64,000 nucleotides of DNA. It comes from Bacillota bacterium (GTDB lineage: Bacteria > Bacillota > Dehalobacteriia > UBA4068). The notes below the pieces were generated by a model. That model saw only the letters and a list, made by a program, of their open reading frames with translations, ran no database searches and was not told where the DNA came from. The DNA is taken from NCBI GenBank assembly GCA_024679955.1, contig JAILCQ010000030.1, positions 33,482 through 97,481 of the forward strand, read 5' to 3'. Shown here in pieces: positions 29,166 to 40,310 of this stretch. Both the position numbers and the translations under genes were made by a program. Within the stretch, counting starts at the first letter, position 1. The number at the start of each line of letters is the position of its first letter.

Positions 29166-29936
29166 TTATGCCTCGGCGGCTTCGTCCATATCCGCTTTGG
29201 CGGCTTCTTCTTCGCTCATTTCGCCGTTGGCGGCTTCCGCTTCGGCGGCGTCCATACCCTGGCGGCCTTCGATGATTGCGTCGGCCATTTTCGACGCCAG
29301 CAGCTTGACCGCACGGATGGCGTCGTCATTGCCGGGGATCACATAATCGATCTCATCGGGGTCACAGTTGGTATCGACGATACCGACGATGGGGATATGC
29401 AGCAAACGCGCTTCCGCCACGGCAATCCTTTCTTTGCGGGGATCCACCACAAACAAAGCGCCGGGCAATTGACGCATATCTTTGATGCCGCCCAGGAAAC
29501 GATCCAATTTGACCTTTTGCGCTTTCAGCGTGGCCACTTCTTTTTTCGGCAAAGCTTCAAAAGTTCCGTCTGTTTCCATTTTTTCCAAAGAACGCAGATA
29601 GTCGATACGGCTTTGGATGGTTTTGAAATTGGTGAGCATGCCGCCCAGCCAACGTTCGTTTACATAGAACTGGCCGCAGCGTTCGGCTTCTTCCTTGATG
29701 GAATCCTGGGCCTGTTTTTTCGTTCCCACGAACAAAACGCTTTTGCCTTCGGCGGCGACGCTTTTGATGAAATTGTAAGCTTCGTCCACTTTGTGCACGG
29801 TCTTTTGCAAATCGATGATATAGATGCCGTTGCGTTCGGTAAAGATATATTTACCCATCTTCGGGTTCCAACGGCGGGTTTGATGCCCGAAATGCACGCC
29901 CGCTTCCAACAGTTGCTTCATAGAAATTACTGCCAT
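29166..29936 (-). CDS. rpsB: 30S ribosomal protein S2
   Basis: [33 protein letters not shown]. Confidence 0.99.
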   Translation of the reverse strand: MAVISMKQLLEAGVHFGHQTRRWNPKMGKYIFTERNGIYIIDLQKTVHKVDEAYNFIKSVAAEGKSVLFVGTKKQAQDSIKEEAERCGQFYVNERWLGGMLTNFKTIQSRIDYLRSLEKMETDGTFEALPKKEVATLKAQKVKLDRFLGGIKDMRQLPGALFVVDPRKERIAVAEARLLHIPIVGIVDTNCDPDEIDYVIPGNDDAIRAVKLLASKMADAIIEGRQGMDAAEAEAANGEMSEEEAAKADMDEAAEA

Positions 29937-29954
29937 TTTTTGTATACCTCCTGA

Positions 29955-30046
29955 TTTTTTGGTTATACCCGCCAGCCTGTCCGCGGCAAGCCGCGCCGCC
30001 CACCTTTCGGCACCAATGACGGATCAAGCAGGCTGTGTGTATTCAC
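29955..30046 (-). ncRNA. rpsB (S2) autoregulatory leader RNA
   Basis: GAAUACACAC...GGUGC...GCGG..AACC pattern with a CAGCCUG/CAGGCUG stem (30029-30035 / 29973-29979). Confidence 0.7.
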
Positions 30047-30189
30047 GCGCCGGTATTACCGGCACAATAGACCAATAAACATCATATCGCAAAGCAAAGG
30101 AGAATGCAAGCACTTTCGCAGAAAAATTCGTCCGTTTTCATTTTTCCGGCGAATACGCCGGTGCGCATACGCCGTACCCTAAAAGCGTT

Positions 30190-31647
30190 TTACAGAATAA
30201 AGCGGCTCATATCCTCGTCGCAGGCGATACCCGACAGCTTGCCTTCCACATAGGCCCGGTCGATCTCCACCTGTCCCGTTGCCGCCTCCGGCGCGTCGTA
30301 CAGCAAATCCTCCAAAACCTTTTCCATCACCGTATGCAGGCGGCGGGCGCCGATATTTTCCGTATTGCAATTCACCTTATGGGCGATTTCCGCCAGGGCG
30401 TCCACGCCGTCTTCGGTGAAGCAAACCTCCACCCCGTCCACCTTCAGCAGCTCGGTATATTGCTGGATCAGCGAATGCCGGGGCTCCAGCAGGATACGCC
30501 GCAGATCCTGGCAGGTCAAGTTATCCAACTCCACCCGCAAGGGGAAGCGTCCCTGCAGCTCCGGGATCAGATCCGCCGGTTTGGTCAGATGGAAAGCGCC
30601 GGCGGCGATAAACAGCACATAATCGCTTTTCACCGGGCCGTATTTGGTCATCACCGTACAGCCTTCCACGATGGGCAAAATATCCCTTTGCACGCCGCCC
30701 CGGGAAACATCCGGGCCCTGGCCCCCTTCTCCGCCGGCGATCTTATCGATCTCGTCCAGGAAAACGATGCCCCCCTGTTCCGCTCTTTCGATGGCTTCCT
30801 GGGTGACTTCATCGTTGTCGATCAGTTTTTCCGCTTCTTCCTGGGTGATGATGCGCCGGGCCTCGGCAATGCTGACTTTGCGCTTTTTGGTTTTTTTCGG
30901 CATGATGCTGCCTAAAATCCCCTGCATGTCGATGCCCATTTCTTCCATGCCCATGGCCATCTTCGGCGGTTCCTCTTCCACTTCGATCTCCACCGTTTCT
31001 TTATCCAGCGCCCCTTTGGCAAGCTGATCCCGCAGCCATACCCGCCGCCGGCGGATCTCGTCCCGTTTGGCCTTGGCGGCCTCGTCATTGGCGGCGTCCT
31101 CCGGCGAAGCGGCGCCCCTGTCCCCGAAAACCGAGGCGAAAGCCGCGCCGCCCCGGCGGTTGGGCAAAGGCTGCAGCATATCCAAAATGCGCAGCTCCGC
31201 CGCCTGTCTGGCGGCGTTTTCCACCTGAGCCACTTTTTGCGCCTTCACCATGCGTATGGACGTTTCCACCAGATCGCGGATGATCGATTCCACGTCCCGG
31301 CCCACATAGCCCACTTCCGTAAATTTGGTGGCCTCCACCTTGATAAAAGGGGCGTTCACCAATTTTGCCAGCCGCCGGGCGATTTCGGTTTTGCCCACGC
31401 CGGTGGGGCCGATCATGATAATGTTTTTGGGCAGGATGTCTTCCTGCAAATGCAGGTCCAGGCAACGGCGGCGATAGCGGTTGCGCACCACCACCGCCAC
31501 GCAGCGCTTGGCTTCCTGTTGGCCCACGATATATTTATCCAATTCGGCGACGATTTGCCGGGGCGTCAGTTCTCCCTGCTCCGGGATTTGTTTGTTACCG
31601 TTTTCATCCATAGGTTTCATTGTGAAATTGATATTCGTATCTTCCAT
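30190..31647 (-). CDS. hslU: ATP-dependent protease ATPase subunit HslU (ClpY)
   Basis: [45 protein letters not shown]-terminal RFIL. Confidence 0.98.
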   Translation of the reverse strand: MEDTNINFTMKPMDENGNKQIPEQGELTPRQIVAELDKYIVGQQEAKRCVAVVVRNRYRRRCLDLHLQEDILPKNIIMIGPTGVGKTEIARRLAKLVNAPFIKVEATKFTEVGYVGRDVESIIRDLVETSIRMVKAQKVAQVENAARQAAELRILDMLQPLPNRRGGAAFASVFGDRGAASPEDAANDEAAKAKRDEIRRRRVWLRDQLAKGALDKETVEIEVEEEPPKMAMGMEEMGIDMQGILGSIMPKKTKKRKVSIAEARRIITQEEAEKLIDNDEVTQEAIERAEQGGIVFLDEIDKIAGGEGGQGPDVSRGGVQRDILPIVEGCTVMTKYGPVKSDYVLFIAAGAFHLTKPADLIPELQGRFPLRVELDNLTCQDLRRILLEPRHSLIQQYTELLKVDGVEVCFTEDGVDALAEIAHKVNCNTENIGARRLHTVMEKVLEDLLYDAPEAATGQVEIDRAYVEGKLSGIACDEDMSRFIL

Positions 31648-31686
31648 CGGCTCCTCCTTTCGGCTCGCCGGCCGCAGCCTGCTCCG

Positions 31687-32424
31687 TTATAACGACGATA
31701 AATCTGCCAAAGCCGCTCCTTGGCCCTGCTGATAGCAATAAATATACGTCCAGGCGTCCGCGCCTTCCGTTTCCACCTGTGCGTAATAATAGATCTCCGG
31801 CGAAGAACCGTCCCGAAACAGACAGGCGGCCGGTACTGCGGAGACGGCTTGCTGGCCCGGGGATAAAGCTTCCGCCGTAGCCGCCAGCAGGCTGTCGGGG
31901 CTGAGCTGCAGCATTTCCATGGCCTCCTCCACCGTGACCTGGGCGTCCCGGCCCAAATCATACACATAAGAATATACACAGCCGTCCGTACCGTAGCTGG
32001 GATAGATATTGTACCAGGTCAGGGCCTGGGCGTAACCGGTGACCGGACGCAGCGCGGTTTTCATCTCCAGCCAGCTTTCCCCGTCCTGCTGCGCCGTAAA
32101 ATCGTTGTACACGGTTTGCAGCTCCTGCTCTATTCGTCCGTTGATATCCGCGATGGCCAGGCTTTTCCCTTCGATATCGAAGCGGGGGATCTGCGCCACC
32201 GTATCCCCCTGGCTTTCATCCACCGCCAGGCTGACGATATATTCCGGCAACAAATCGGTGGCCGAAGCCGGCGGCGGCGTGATATCAGAGCCGGATACGA
32301 AACCGTCTTCCGCCGGAGGGGCGGAGCAGGCGCACAGGCCAAAGCCCAACAAAGCGGCCAGCAGCAAAACGCCGGCGGCGCTATGCTTTTTCTCTTTTAT
32401 ATTTTTTTTCATCGCTGGCATCAT
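31687..32424 (-). CDS. Putative lipoprotein (weak RsiV/DUF4163-like similarity)
   Basis: Lipobox LCA-C; QIPRF...INGRIE and YSYVYDL motifs; overlaps the hslV stop (ATGA). Confidence 0.7.
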   Translation of the reverse strand: MMPAMKKNIKEKKHSAAGVLLLAALLGFGLCACSAPPAEDGFVSGSDITPPPASATDLLPEYIVSLAVDESQGDTVAQIPRFDIEGKSLAIADINGRIEQELQTVYNDFTAQQDGESWLEMKTALRPVTGYAQALTWYNIYPSYGTDGCVYSYVYDLGRDAQVTVEEAMEMLQLSPDSLLAATAEALSPGQQAVSAVPAACLFRDGSSPEIYYYAQVETEGADAWTYIYCYQQGQGAALADLSSL

Positions 32425-32969
32425 GATTCGCTCAACTCCAAAACGGTGATGTGATGGTTGGTATATACGCAGATATCCGCCGCGATATGCAGGGATTTTT
32501 CCGCCACTTCCCGGGCGCTCAGGTTGCTATCGCCTTGCACGAAAGCCCTGGCCGCCGCCAAAGCGTAATTGCCGCCGGAACCGATGGCGGCGATATCGTC
32601 GTCCGGTTCCACCACCTCGCCGTTGCCGGAAATGATCAGCAGTTTTTCCCGGGAAGCCACGATCAGCAAAGCCTCCAGATGGCGCAAATACTTATCGGTA
32701 CGCCATTCCTTGGCCAAAGCCACCGCCGCCTTTTCCAGATTGCCCTGGCATTCTTCCAGCCGTCCTTCAAATTTTTCAAACAAAGTGAAGGCGTCGGCCA
32801 CGCTGCCGGCAAAACCGGCCAGGATCTTCCCATGATGCAGGGTCCTCACTTTTTTAGCGCCGTGTTTCATCACCGTGGATTGTCCCATGGTCACCTGGCC
32901 GTCCCCGGCGATAGCGGTGCGGCCGTCTTTGCGAATGCCGATTATGGTGGTGCCGTGCAATTCCGTCAT
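32421..32969 (-). CDS. hslV: ATP-dependent protease subunit HslV (ClpQ)
   Basis: [31 protein letters not shown]. Confidence 0.98.
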   Translation of the reverse strand: MTELHGTTIIGIRKDGRTAIAGDGQVTMGQSTVMKHGAKKVRTLHHGKILAGFAGSVADAFTLFEKFEGRLEECQGNLEKAAVALAKEWRTDKYLRHLEALLIVASREKLLIISGNGEVVEPDDDIAAIGSGGNYALAAARAFVQGDSNLSAREVAEKSLHIAADICVYTNHHITVLELSES

Positions 32970-33024
32970 CCTCTTACCTCCTTGCCTATACTTCTATTCT
33001 TCCACGATTCTATGCTTTCCCGGA

Positions 33025-33930
33025 TCAGGCCCGGGGATGGGTTTTGTCGTAAACCTGCTTCAGTTGCGCGCTGGTGACATGGGTATAGATCTGGGTGGTG
33101 CTTATGCTTTGATGGCCCAGCAATTCCTGGATCACCCGCAAATCCGCGCCGTTTTCCAGCAGATGGGTAGCGAAAGTATGCCGCAGGGCATGGGGGGATA
33201 TTTTTTTGGCGATGGCCGCCTGCTGTACATATTTATCGACGATTTTCCGCACCCAGCGGTCGCTGAGCCGCCCGCCCCGCAGATTCAAAAACAGGGGGTC
33301 TGCCGGCGCGGCGGAAAAGCCCTTTTTCTCCCTGGCCCGGCAATACCGGTCCACCGCATAAGCGGCCTCCCCCCCCAGAGGGGCCAATCTTTCCTTTTGG
33401 CCTTTGCCCATCACCCGGATGAAACCGATACCGGGGTCGATATCGCCGCAATTCAAAGAGACCAATTCGCTGACCCGCAAGCCGGAAGCATACAGCATCT
33501 CCAAAATCGCTTTGTCCCGCAAACCGGCCAGCGTATCGTCGGGGGCGCTGAGCAAGGCCTCCACCTCTTCATAATACAAAAACCGGGGCAAACGCTTATC
33601 CTGCTTGGGATAGGCGGAACGGCGGGTGGGATTGGCCGCGGCCAAGGACTGGCGGCACAAATAGCGGAAAAAGCTGCTGATCGCCGCCAGATCCCGGCTG
33701 ACGCCGGCCCGGTGCAGCCCCCGCTCCTTCAGATCCAGCAAATAACCCCGCAGGGTCACATGATCCACCAAAGCGGCGTCGGCCTGGGCAGCATCCTCTT
33801 TCCCCTGCTCCGCCGCCACATATTCCGCAAAACGGCGCAGGCTGTAGCCATAGGCTTTGACGGTCAGCGGCGAAGCGTTCCTTTCGCATTCCAGATAGGT
33901 TAAAAATTCTTCAATAAGCGTATGCATCAT
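33025..33930 (-). CDS. xerC: Tyrosine recombinase XerC (CodV)
   Basis: GLRVSE, GKGQKER, HALRHTFATH, LLGH, TTQIY; trmFO-hslV synteny. Confidence 0.93.
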   Translation of the reverse strand: MMHTLIEEFLTYLECERNASPLTVKAYGYSLRRFAEYVAAEQGKEDAAQADAALVDHVTLRGYLLDLKERGLHRAGVSRDLAAISSFFRYLCRQSLAAANPTRRSAYPKQDKRLPRFLYYEEVEALLSAPDDTLAGLRDKAILEMLYASGLRVSELVSLNCGDIDPGIGFIRVMGKGQKERLAPLGGEAAYAVDRYCRAREKKGFSAAPADPLFLNLRGGRLSDRWVRKIVDKYVQQAAIAKKISPHALRHTFATHLLENGADLRVIQELLGHQSISTTQIYTHVTSAQLKQVYDKTHPRA

Positions 33931-33961
33931 AAGTTTTCCCCATCCCTGTTCCCCGCAAACA

Positions 33962-35707
33962 TCAATCTATCGCATACATGCTGTACATATGGGCGTACAA
34001 TCCGCCCAAAGCCATCAGCTGTTGATGGGTGCCCTGCTCCACCACGCCCTGATCGGCAAGGACCAGGATCATCGTGGCGTTGCGGATGGTGGTCAGCCGA
34101 TGGGCGATGGTAAAGGTGGTACGGCCTTTGGCCAGCTCCGTCAGGGAATCCTGGACGATCCTCTCGCTTTCATTATCCAAAGCGCTGGTGGCCTCGTCGA
34201 AAATCAAAATTGGCGGGTTCTTGAGAAAGACCCGGGCTATGCTCAGCCGCTGTTTTTGCCCGCCGGACAAGCGCACGCCCCGCTCGCCGATATAGGTATC
34301 GTAGCCTTGGGGCAGCGCTTCGATAAATTCGTGGGCATGGGCTTTTTTGGCGGCGGCTATGATCTCCTGCCGGCCGGCCCCCGGTTTGCCGTAGGCGATG
34401 TTTTCCGCCACGGTACCGGTAAACAAATATACATCCTGCTGCACCATGCCGATATTGGCGCGCAGGGACTGCTGGGTGACGCTGCGGATATCCTGGCCGT
34501 CGATGAGGATACGGCCGCTGCTGGTCTCATAAAAGCGGGGGATCAAATTGCACAAAGTGGTTTTGCCGCTGCCGGAGGGGCCCACCAAAGCCACTTTTTC
34601 CCCCGGCGCCACCCGCAAATGGATATCCCGCAGCACGCTGGTGCGCTCGTCGTCGGGATAAAAAAAGGACACATGGTCGAAAACCACTTCTCCCCGGACA
34701 TTTTCCAGGATCTTGGCGTCCGGCGCGTCCTGGATCTCCACCGGGGCGTCCATCACCTCAAAAAAACGCTCGATGCCGGTTATGCCTTTTTGAAATTGCT
34801 CGGTGAATTCCACGATGCGCCGCACCGTGGTCAGCAGCATATTCACATACAGCAAATAGGCGGTGAAAGCGCCGGGGCTGATGCGCCCCTGGGTCATATA
34901 GATCGCGCCCAGGCAAACCACCAGGATATACATCATGCCGTCGAAAGCCCGCACGCTGGCATTAAGGCCGCCCATAGCCGTATAAATGCTTTTTTTCAAC
35001 TGCAAAAAACGCAGATTGCCCCGGCGGAACTTTTCTTCTTCCTGGGCTTCGTTGGCAAAGGATTTGACCACCCGCACGCCCAGCAAGCTATCTTCCACCT
35101 GGGCGTTCAATTCGCCGATCTGCACCCGGGTCTTGCGCCAGCCTTGCTGCATCCTGTGATTGAAATGGCTGGCGAACAAATACATAAAGGGCAGGGCCAG
35201 GAAAATCAGGGCCGTCAAAGACAGATTCCTATGGGCCAAAATGGCGAAAGCGGCGACGCATTTGATGCCGGCGATAAAGAATTCCTCGGGACAATGATGG
35301 GCGAATTCGGTGATTTCAAACAAGTCGCCGGAAATGCGGGACATGATCTGCCCGACTTTGGTATGGCTGTAATAGGAAAATGACAGCTTTTGCAAATGGG
35401 CGAACAGATCCCGCCGCATATCCGTTTCGATTTTTGCGCCCACGCCATGGCCGATGGAAGTCATATAATAGGCGGCCACCGCGTCTATGACCCGCAGCAG
35501 CAAATAAACGCCGCTCAGACGCAGGATCAGCGGCAAAGTCAAGGCCGCCAAATCGGCGATCCCGGTATCCGTGATATAGGATACGATCAACGGCAGCACG
35601 ATCTCGCATAGCGTGGTCAAGGCTGCGCAAAACAAATCCAGCAATACCAAACCCCGGTAGGGCCGGAAATACGGCGCGAAACGTTTCAGCAATACGGAAG
35701 TTTTCAT
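33962..35707 (-). CDS. ABC exporter, fused TMD plus ATPase (MdlB/YwjA-like)
   Basis: GPSGSGKT, LSGGQKQR, IFDEATSALD, AHHCPEE; start MKTSV overlaps the trmFO stop. Confidence 0.93.
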   Translation of the reverse strand: MKTSVLLKRFAPYFRPYRGLVLLDLFCAALTTLCEIVLPLIVSYITDTGIADLAALTLPLILRLSGVYLLLRVIDAVAAYYMTSIGHGVGAKIETDMRRDLFAHLQKLSFSYYSHTKVGQIMSRISGDLFEITEFAHHCPEEFFIAGIKCVAAFAILAHRNLSLTALIFLALPFMYLFASHFNHRMQQGWRKTRVQIGELNAQVEDSLLGVRVVKSFANEAQEEEKFRRGNLRFLQLKKSIYTAMGGLNASVRAFDGMMYILVVCLGAIYMTQGRISPGAFTAYLLYVNMLLTTVRRIVEFTEQFQKGITGIERFFEVMDAPVEIQDAPDAKILENVRGEVVFDHVSFFYPDDERTSVLRDIHLRVAPGEKVALVGPSGSGKTTLCNLIPRFYETSSGRILIDGQDIRSVTQQSLRANIGMVQQDVYLFTGTVAENIAYGKPGAGRQEIIAAAKKAHAHEFIEALPQGYDTYIGERGVRLSGGQKQRLSIARVFLKNPPILIFDEATSALDNESERIVQDSLTELAKGRTTFTIAHRLTTIRNATMILVLADQGVVEQGTHQQLMALGGLYAHMYSMYAID

Positions 35708-37002
35708 AATTGTTCCCGAATATAGGTTTGCAGATCCTGCAGCGCCCGGTTGGCCAGAGCGGCGTTCTTCTCCTGTTTGCGCCGGAACCTTTGTTCCAGG
35801 GGCGGCAACAGGCCAAAATTTACGTTCATCGGCTGAAAAGCGCCGGTGGCGCTGGCGGTATAATGCAATAAAGCGCCCAAAGCCGTGGTCAAAGGCAGGG
35901 CGGCCGGTTCCCGGCCCCGGGCCATGGCAGCCATGGTCAAACCGGCGGCCAAACCGGAAGCGGCGGACTCCACATAGCCTTCCACGCCGCTGATTTGCCC
36001 GGCAAAAAGCAGATTCTCCCGTCCCCGCAGCCTTTGCCAGGCGTCCAACAGCCGGGGGGAATCGATATAGGTATTCCGGTGCATGGAGCCGTAGCGCAAA
36101 AACTCCGCATTGGCCAGGCCGGGGATCAGGCGGAAGACCCGCCGCTGCTCCGGCCATTTCAGCCGGGTTTGAAAGCCAACCAGATTGAACATATCCGCGG
36201 ACAGATTTTCCCGCCGCAATTGCACCACCGCATAGGCCTGGCTGCCGTCGGCCAGCGGCAGGCCCACCGGCTTCAACGGGCCGAAACGCATGGTATCCTC
36301 CCCCAAACGGGCCATGCTCTCAATAGGCATACAGCCGGAAAACAGTTTTTCCCGCTCAAAGCCGGACAAAGGATGCAATTCCGCCGCCAATAATTGACTG
36401 TAGAATTCCCGATACTGTTCCCGGGTCATGGGGCAATTCAAATAATCCGCCCCGCCGCCTTTGTCATAGCGGGAGGCAAAAAAGGCAATATCATAATCGA
36501 TGCTGTCGCCGCTGACAATCGGCGCGATGGCGTCATGAAAATACAGCCGGTCGCCGCAAAGCTCCTGCAGCTGCCGGCTGAGGGCGTCCGAAGCCAAAGG
36601 CCCGGCGGCTATGATGGCTTTGCCGTCGGGGATTTGCCGGTATTCCCGGCGGATGATGCGCAAAGCCGGCAAGCGGCTGAGCTTTTTTTCAATATAAGCG
36701 GAAAAGCGGCGCCGGTCCACCGCCAAAGCGCCGCCGGCGGGCACCGCCGTCGCGTCCGCCGCCTCCATCACCAAAGAATGCAGACGGCGCATTTCCTCTT
36801 TCAGCAGGCCTACCGCATTGGATAAACCGGCGGCCCGCAGGGAATTGCTGCAAACCAGCTCGGCCAAATCGCCGCCCCGATGGGCAGGCGTCATCACCCG
36901 TGGCCGCATTTCCCACAGTTGACAGGGGATATTTCTTTTCGCCAACTGCCAGGCCGCTTCCACGCCGGCCAGGCCGCCGCCGATGATCGTGATCTGTTCC
37001 AT
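35704..37002 (-). CDS. trmFO: Folate-dependent tRNA m5U54 methyltransferase
   Basis: GGGLAG, AELVCSNSLR, FGPLKPVGL, HRNTY, AGQISGVEGY. Confidence 0.98.
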   Translation of the reverse strand: MEQITIIGGGLAGVEAAWQLAKRNIPCQLWEMRPRVMTPAHRGGDLAELVCSNSLRAAGLSNAVGLLKEEMRRLHSLVMEAADATAVPAGGALAVDRRRFSAYIEKKLSRLPALRIIRREYRQIPDGKAIIAAGPLASDALSRQLQELCGDRLYFHDAIAPIVSGDSIDYDIAFFASRYDKGGGADYLNCPMTREQYREFYSQLLAAELHPLSGFEREKLFSGCMPIESMARLGEDTMRFGPLKPVGLPLADGSQAYAVVQLRRENLSADMFNLVGFQTRLKWPEQRRVFRLIPGLANAEFLRYGSMHRNTYIDSPRLLDAWQRLRGRENLLFAGQISGVEGYVESAASGLAAGLTMAAMARGREPAALPLTTALGALLHYTASATGAFQPMNVNFGLLPPLEQRFRRKQEKNAALANRALQDLQTYIREQL

Positions 37003-37017
37003 GACGCAACCTTTGCC

Positions 37018-39165
37018 TTATTTCTTTTTTGACGGCTTGGCCGGAGCCGCGGATTTGCTCTTTGTGGATTTGCTGCTTGCGGATCTCGTCTTTCTCTTTT
37101 GGCCGGCCCGGCTGGGACAATCCATATTGGGACAGAGTATCATTTCTTTACCGGTTTTGGTGGTTTTCGCCGTCAATTGCGTGCCGCAATGCGGACATTT
37201 TTCTTCTATGGGCATATCCCAGGCCACATAACGGCATTCCGGATAATTGGCGCAGCCGTAGAAAATGCGGCCGGAGCGGCTTTTCCGTTCCACGATATCG
37301 CCGCCGCAGGCCAAACATTTCACATTGGTGGGCACGATGATGGCTTTGGTATTGCGGCATTCCGGAAAACCGGAGCAGGCCAGAAAACGGCCGTAGCGCC
37401 CCATGCGGTAAACCATGGGTTTGCCGCATTTTTCGCAGACCTGATCCGACACTTCCGGTTCGATGACCACTTTTTCCATTTCCTGTTCCGCATGGGCCAA
37501 GGTAACGGCGAAGGGGTCGTAGAAATCCCGTAAGATCTGCACCCAGTTGGCTTCGCCTTCTTCGATCCTGTCCAGATTGCTTTCCATGGTGGCGGTGAAT
37601 TCCACATCGATGATATCGCCGAAATATTCCTTGATCAAATCCACCACCAGGAAGCCCAATTCCGTAGGATACAACTGTTTTTCTTCCCGCACCACATAAT
37701 AGCGGCTTAAAATGGTATCGATGATCGGCGCATAGGTGGAGGGACGGCCGATGCCCAATTCTTCCATGGTTTTGATCAGAGAAGCTTCGGAAAAACGGGG
37801 CGGCGGCTGGGTAAAATGCTGGCTGGCGTCCAGACGTTCCAGTGGCAGAACATCCCCTTCGTTTACCGGAACCACTTTGCTCAAATCTTCCTGCTCCTGC
37901 TCTTCTTTGCCGTCGTTATACACCTGGGTATAGCCGGGGAATTTGGCAATGCTGCCGCTGGCCTTAAACAGGCAGCCGCCGGCCGTCACCTCGATGGTGG
38001 TGACCTCGTATATGGCGTCCGCCATTTGGCTGGCCACGAAACGCTCCCAAATCAATTTATACAGTTTATACTGAGTGGCGCTCAAAAAGGGCTTGAGGGC
38101 CTGGGGCGTACGCTGCACGGAGGTGGGACGGATCGCCTCATGAGCGTCCTGCACCGTACCTTTTTTGCTGTTGTACGCCCGGGGCTTGGCCGGAAGGAAT
38201 TTTTCGCCGTACCGTTCCCGCACATAGTCCCGGGCATGCTGCCGCGCTTCGTCGGAAACCCTGGTGGAGTCGGTACGCATATAGGTGATCAAACCGGTGA
38301 CCACGCCGTCCACCTGTATGCCCTCATACAATTGCTGCGCCGTTTGCATGGTCTTTTTCGCCCGCATGGACAAACGGCGGGAAGCCTCCTGCTGCATCAT
38401 GCTGGTGGTAAACGGCGGCAAGGGATGACGGGTCCGGTCCTTTTTGCTGACGCTGGACACCCGATAGGTCTCGCCGGCCAAACGCCGTTTCAGCTCTTCC
38501 ACCGCTTCTTCATCGGGCAGCTTGGCTTTTTTATTATCGATTTTGGCCAGTTTTACCACCAGATTGCCTTTGTCGCTTTGCAAAACGGCATAAAGGATCC
38601 AGTATTCCTGGGGCACAAAATCGTGAATCTCTTTTTCCCGGTCGCAAATCAGGCGAACGGCCACGGATTGCACCCGGCCGGCGCTTAAGCCTTTCTTTAC
38701 CTTTTTCCACAGCAGCGGGCTGATCTGATAGCCCACCAATCTATCTAAAATACGCCGGGCCTGTTGGGCCTCGACCTTGTTCATATCGATGGGTTGCGGA
38801 TGCTCCACCGCGTTCTGAATGGCAGTTTTGGTGATTTCATTAAAGCGGATGCGGCACTGTTCGTTATTGATGCGCAAATATTGCTGCAAATGCCAGGCGA
38901 TGGCCTCCCCTTCCCGATCCGGGTCGGAAGCCAGCAGGATCTGATCCGCTTTTTTGGCCTCGTCCTTCAGCACTTTGATCACTTCGCCCTTGCCGCGAAT
39001 GGTGATATAATGGGGCGCGAAGTCATGCTCTATATCCACGCCCATGGTGCTTTTGGGCAAATCCCGCACATGGCCGACGCAGGGACGAACCACATAACTT
39101 TTCCCCAACATGTTTTCTATGGTTTTTGCTTTGGTCGGCGATTCCACAATAATCAAGGTTTTCAT
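37018..39165 (-). CDS. topA: DNA topoisomerase I
   Basis: IVESPTK, DPDREGE, SAGRVQ, ITYMRTDS, C-terminal Zn ribbons. Confidence 0.98.
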   Translation of the reverse strand: MKTLIIVESPTKAKTIENMLGKSYVVRPCVGHVRDLPKSTMGVDIEHDFAPHYITIRGKGEVIKVLKDEAKKADQILLASDPDREGEAIAWHLQQYLRINNEQCRIRFNEITKTAIQNAVEHPQPIDMNKVEAQQARRILDRLVGYQISPLLWKKVKKGLSAGRVQSVAVRLICDREKEIHDFVPQEYWILYAVLQSDKGNLVVKLAKIDNKKAKLPDEEAVEELKRRLAGETYRVSSVSKKDRTRHPLPPFTTSMMQQEASRRLSMRAKKTMQTAQQLYEGIQVDGVVTGLITYMRTDSTRVSDEARQHARDYVRERYGEKFLPAKPRAYNSKKGTVQDAHEAIRPTSVQRTPQALKPFLSATQYKLYKLIWERFVASQMADAIYEVTTIEVTAGGCLFKASGSIAKFPGYTQVYNDGKEEQEQEDLSKVVPVNEGDVLPLERLDASQHFTQPPPRFSEASLIKTMEELGIGRPSTYAPIIDTILSRYYVVREEKQLYPTELGFLVVDLIKEYFGDIIDVEFTATMESNLDRIEEGEANWVQILRDFYDPFAVTLAHAEQEMEKVVIEPEVSDQVCEKCGKPMVYRMGRYGRFLACSGFPECRNTKAIIVPTNVKCLACGGDIVERKSRSGRIFYGCANYPECRYVAWDMPIEEKCPHCGTQLTAKTTKTGKEMILCPNMDCPSRAGQKRKTRSASSKSTKSKSAAPAKPSKKK

Positions 39166-39197
39166 ACAACCGGTACTCCCATCTAACATCCTGTAAG

Positions 39198-40301
39198 TTA
39201 TATTTTTTTCACGACAGCCTGATAATAATTACCGGGCAATTGGCGAACCAGACCGCGGATCTCCATAATGGTCAGCCAAGAGGCCAGGGCCGCGGCGTCC
39301 ATACCGGAAATCTGGCTCAAGCGATCGAAATGCAGCGGCAGCAGCATGGCCGTGAACAATTCTTTTTCCTGAACAGACAGGGTCTTTTCTTCTTCCCCGG
39401 CGGCTTCTGCCGCTTGCGGCTTCGGTTTTTCCGCCTCCTGGTATTCCCGCCACACATCTTCTGCGCTCAGCACGATTTTCGCCCCGTCCCGCAGCAGCCG
39501 GTTGGTGCCACGGCTGGAGGCGGAGGTAATGGGCCCGGGCACGGCAAAAACATCTTTGCCTTGCTCCAACGCATAGTCTACCGTGCGCAGGGTGCCGCTC
39601 TTCAAACCCGCCTCGATCACCACCACGCCCAAAGCCAAGGCGCTGATGATGCGGTTGCGGCGGGGAAAATTATAGGACAAAGCCGCCGTTCCCAAGGGAA
39701 ACTCGCTGATCACCGCGCCCTGTTCATAAATCTGCCGGTAGAGGGCGGCGTTTTCCCGCGGATATATCACATCCAAGCCGGAACCCAGCACGGCCACGGT
39801 GCGGCCGCCGGCTTTCAGGGCCGCCTGGTGGCAAAAGCTGTCGATGCCTCTGGCCATGCCGCTGACAATGGTATAGCCCTGATAGGCCAAATCCCTGGCC
39901 AGTATTTCCGCTACCTGCCTGCCGTATCCGCTGGCATGCCGGGAGCCGATCAAAGCCAGGGCCGGTTCGCCGGGTTTGGGCAACCGGCCTTTATAGAACA
40001 ACACGCAGGGCGGGTCTTCGATCAGCCGCAACTCCGGCGGATACTCAGCGTCCAGATAGGTCACCACAGAGACCCCGCTTTGCAGATATTCGTAGTATAG
40101 CTCCTGGGGAGAAATCGTTTGCCGGCTGCGCTGGATATCGGCAAAGGCGTCCGCGCTGATGGAAATCAATTGGGGCCAGCGCCGGTATTCCGTCCAGACG
40201 GCGGCGGCGTCGCCCTGATACAGATCCAGCAAATGGGCGAGCTTCCCCGGCGAAAGCCTGGGCAAACGGTTCAGCGCCAAAAGATAAGCCAAAGGATTCA
40301 T
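39198..40301 (-). CDS. dprA: DNA processing protein DprA
   Basis: IGSR, VSGMARGID, NFPRRNRIIS, KSGT, VFAVPG. Confidence 0.96.
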   Translation of the reverse strand: MNPLAYLLALNRLPRLSPGKLAHLLDLYQGDAAAVWTEYRRWPQLISISADAFADIQRSRQTISPQELYYEYLQSGVSVVTYLDAEYPPELRLIEDPPCVLFYKGRLPKPGEPALALIGSRHASGYGRQVAEILARDLAYQGYTIVSGMARGIDSFCHQAALKAGGRTVAVLGSGLDVIYPRENAALYRQIYEQGAVISEFPLGTAALSYNFPRRNRIISALALGVVVIEAGLKSGTLRTVDYALEQGKDVFAVPGPITSASSRGTNRLLRDGAKIVLSAEDVWREYQEAEKPKPQAAEAAGEEEKTLSVQEKELFTAMLLPLHFDRLSQISGMDAAALASWLTIMEIRGLVRQLPGNYYQAVVKKI

Positions 40302-40310
40302 AACCGCACC

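Noticed and set aside
33025-33930. Tyrosine recombinase as a phage/ICE integrase
   Set aside because: Sequence and synteny fit housekeeping XerC; no att repeats or cargo genes.
33962-36157. Apparent 731-aa ABC transporter with an N-terminal extension
   Set aside because: The extension is an alternative frame of trmFO; the real start is 35707.
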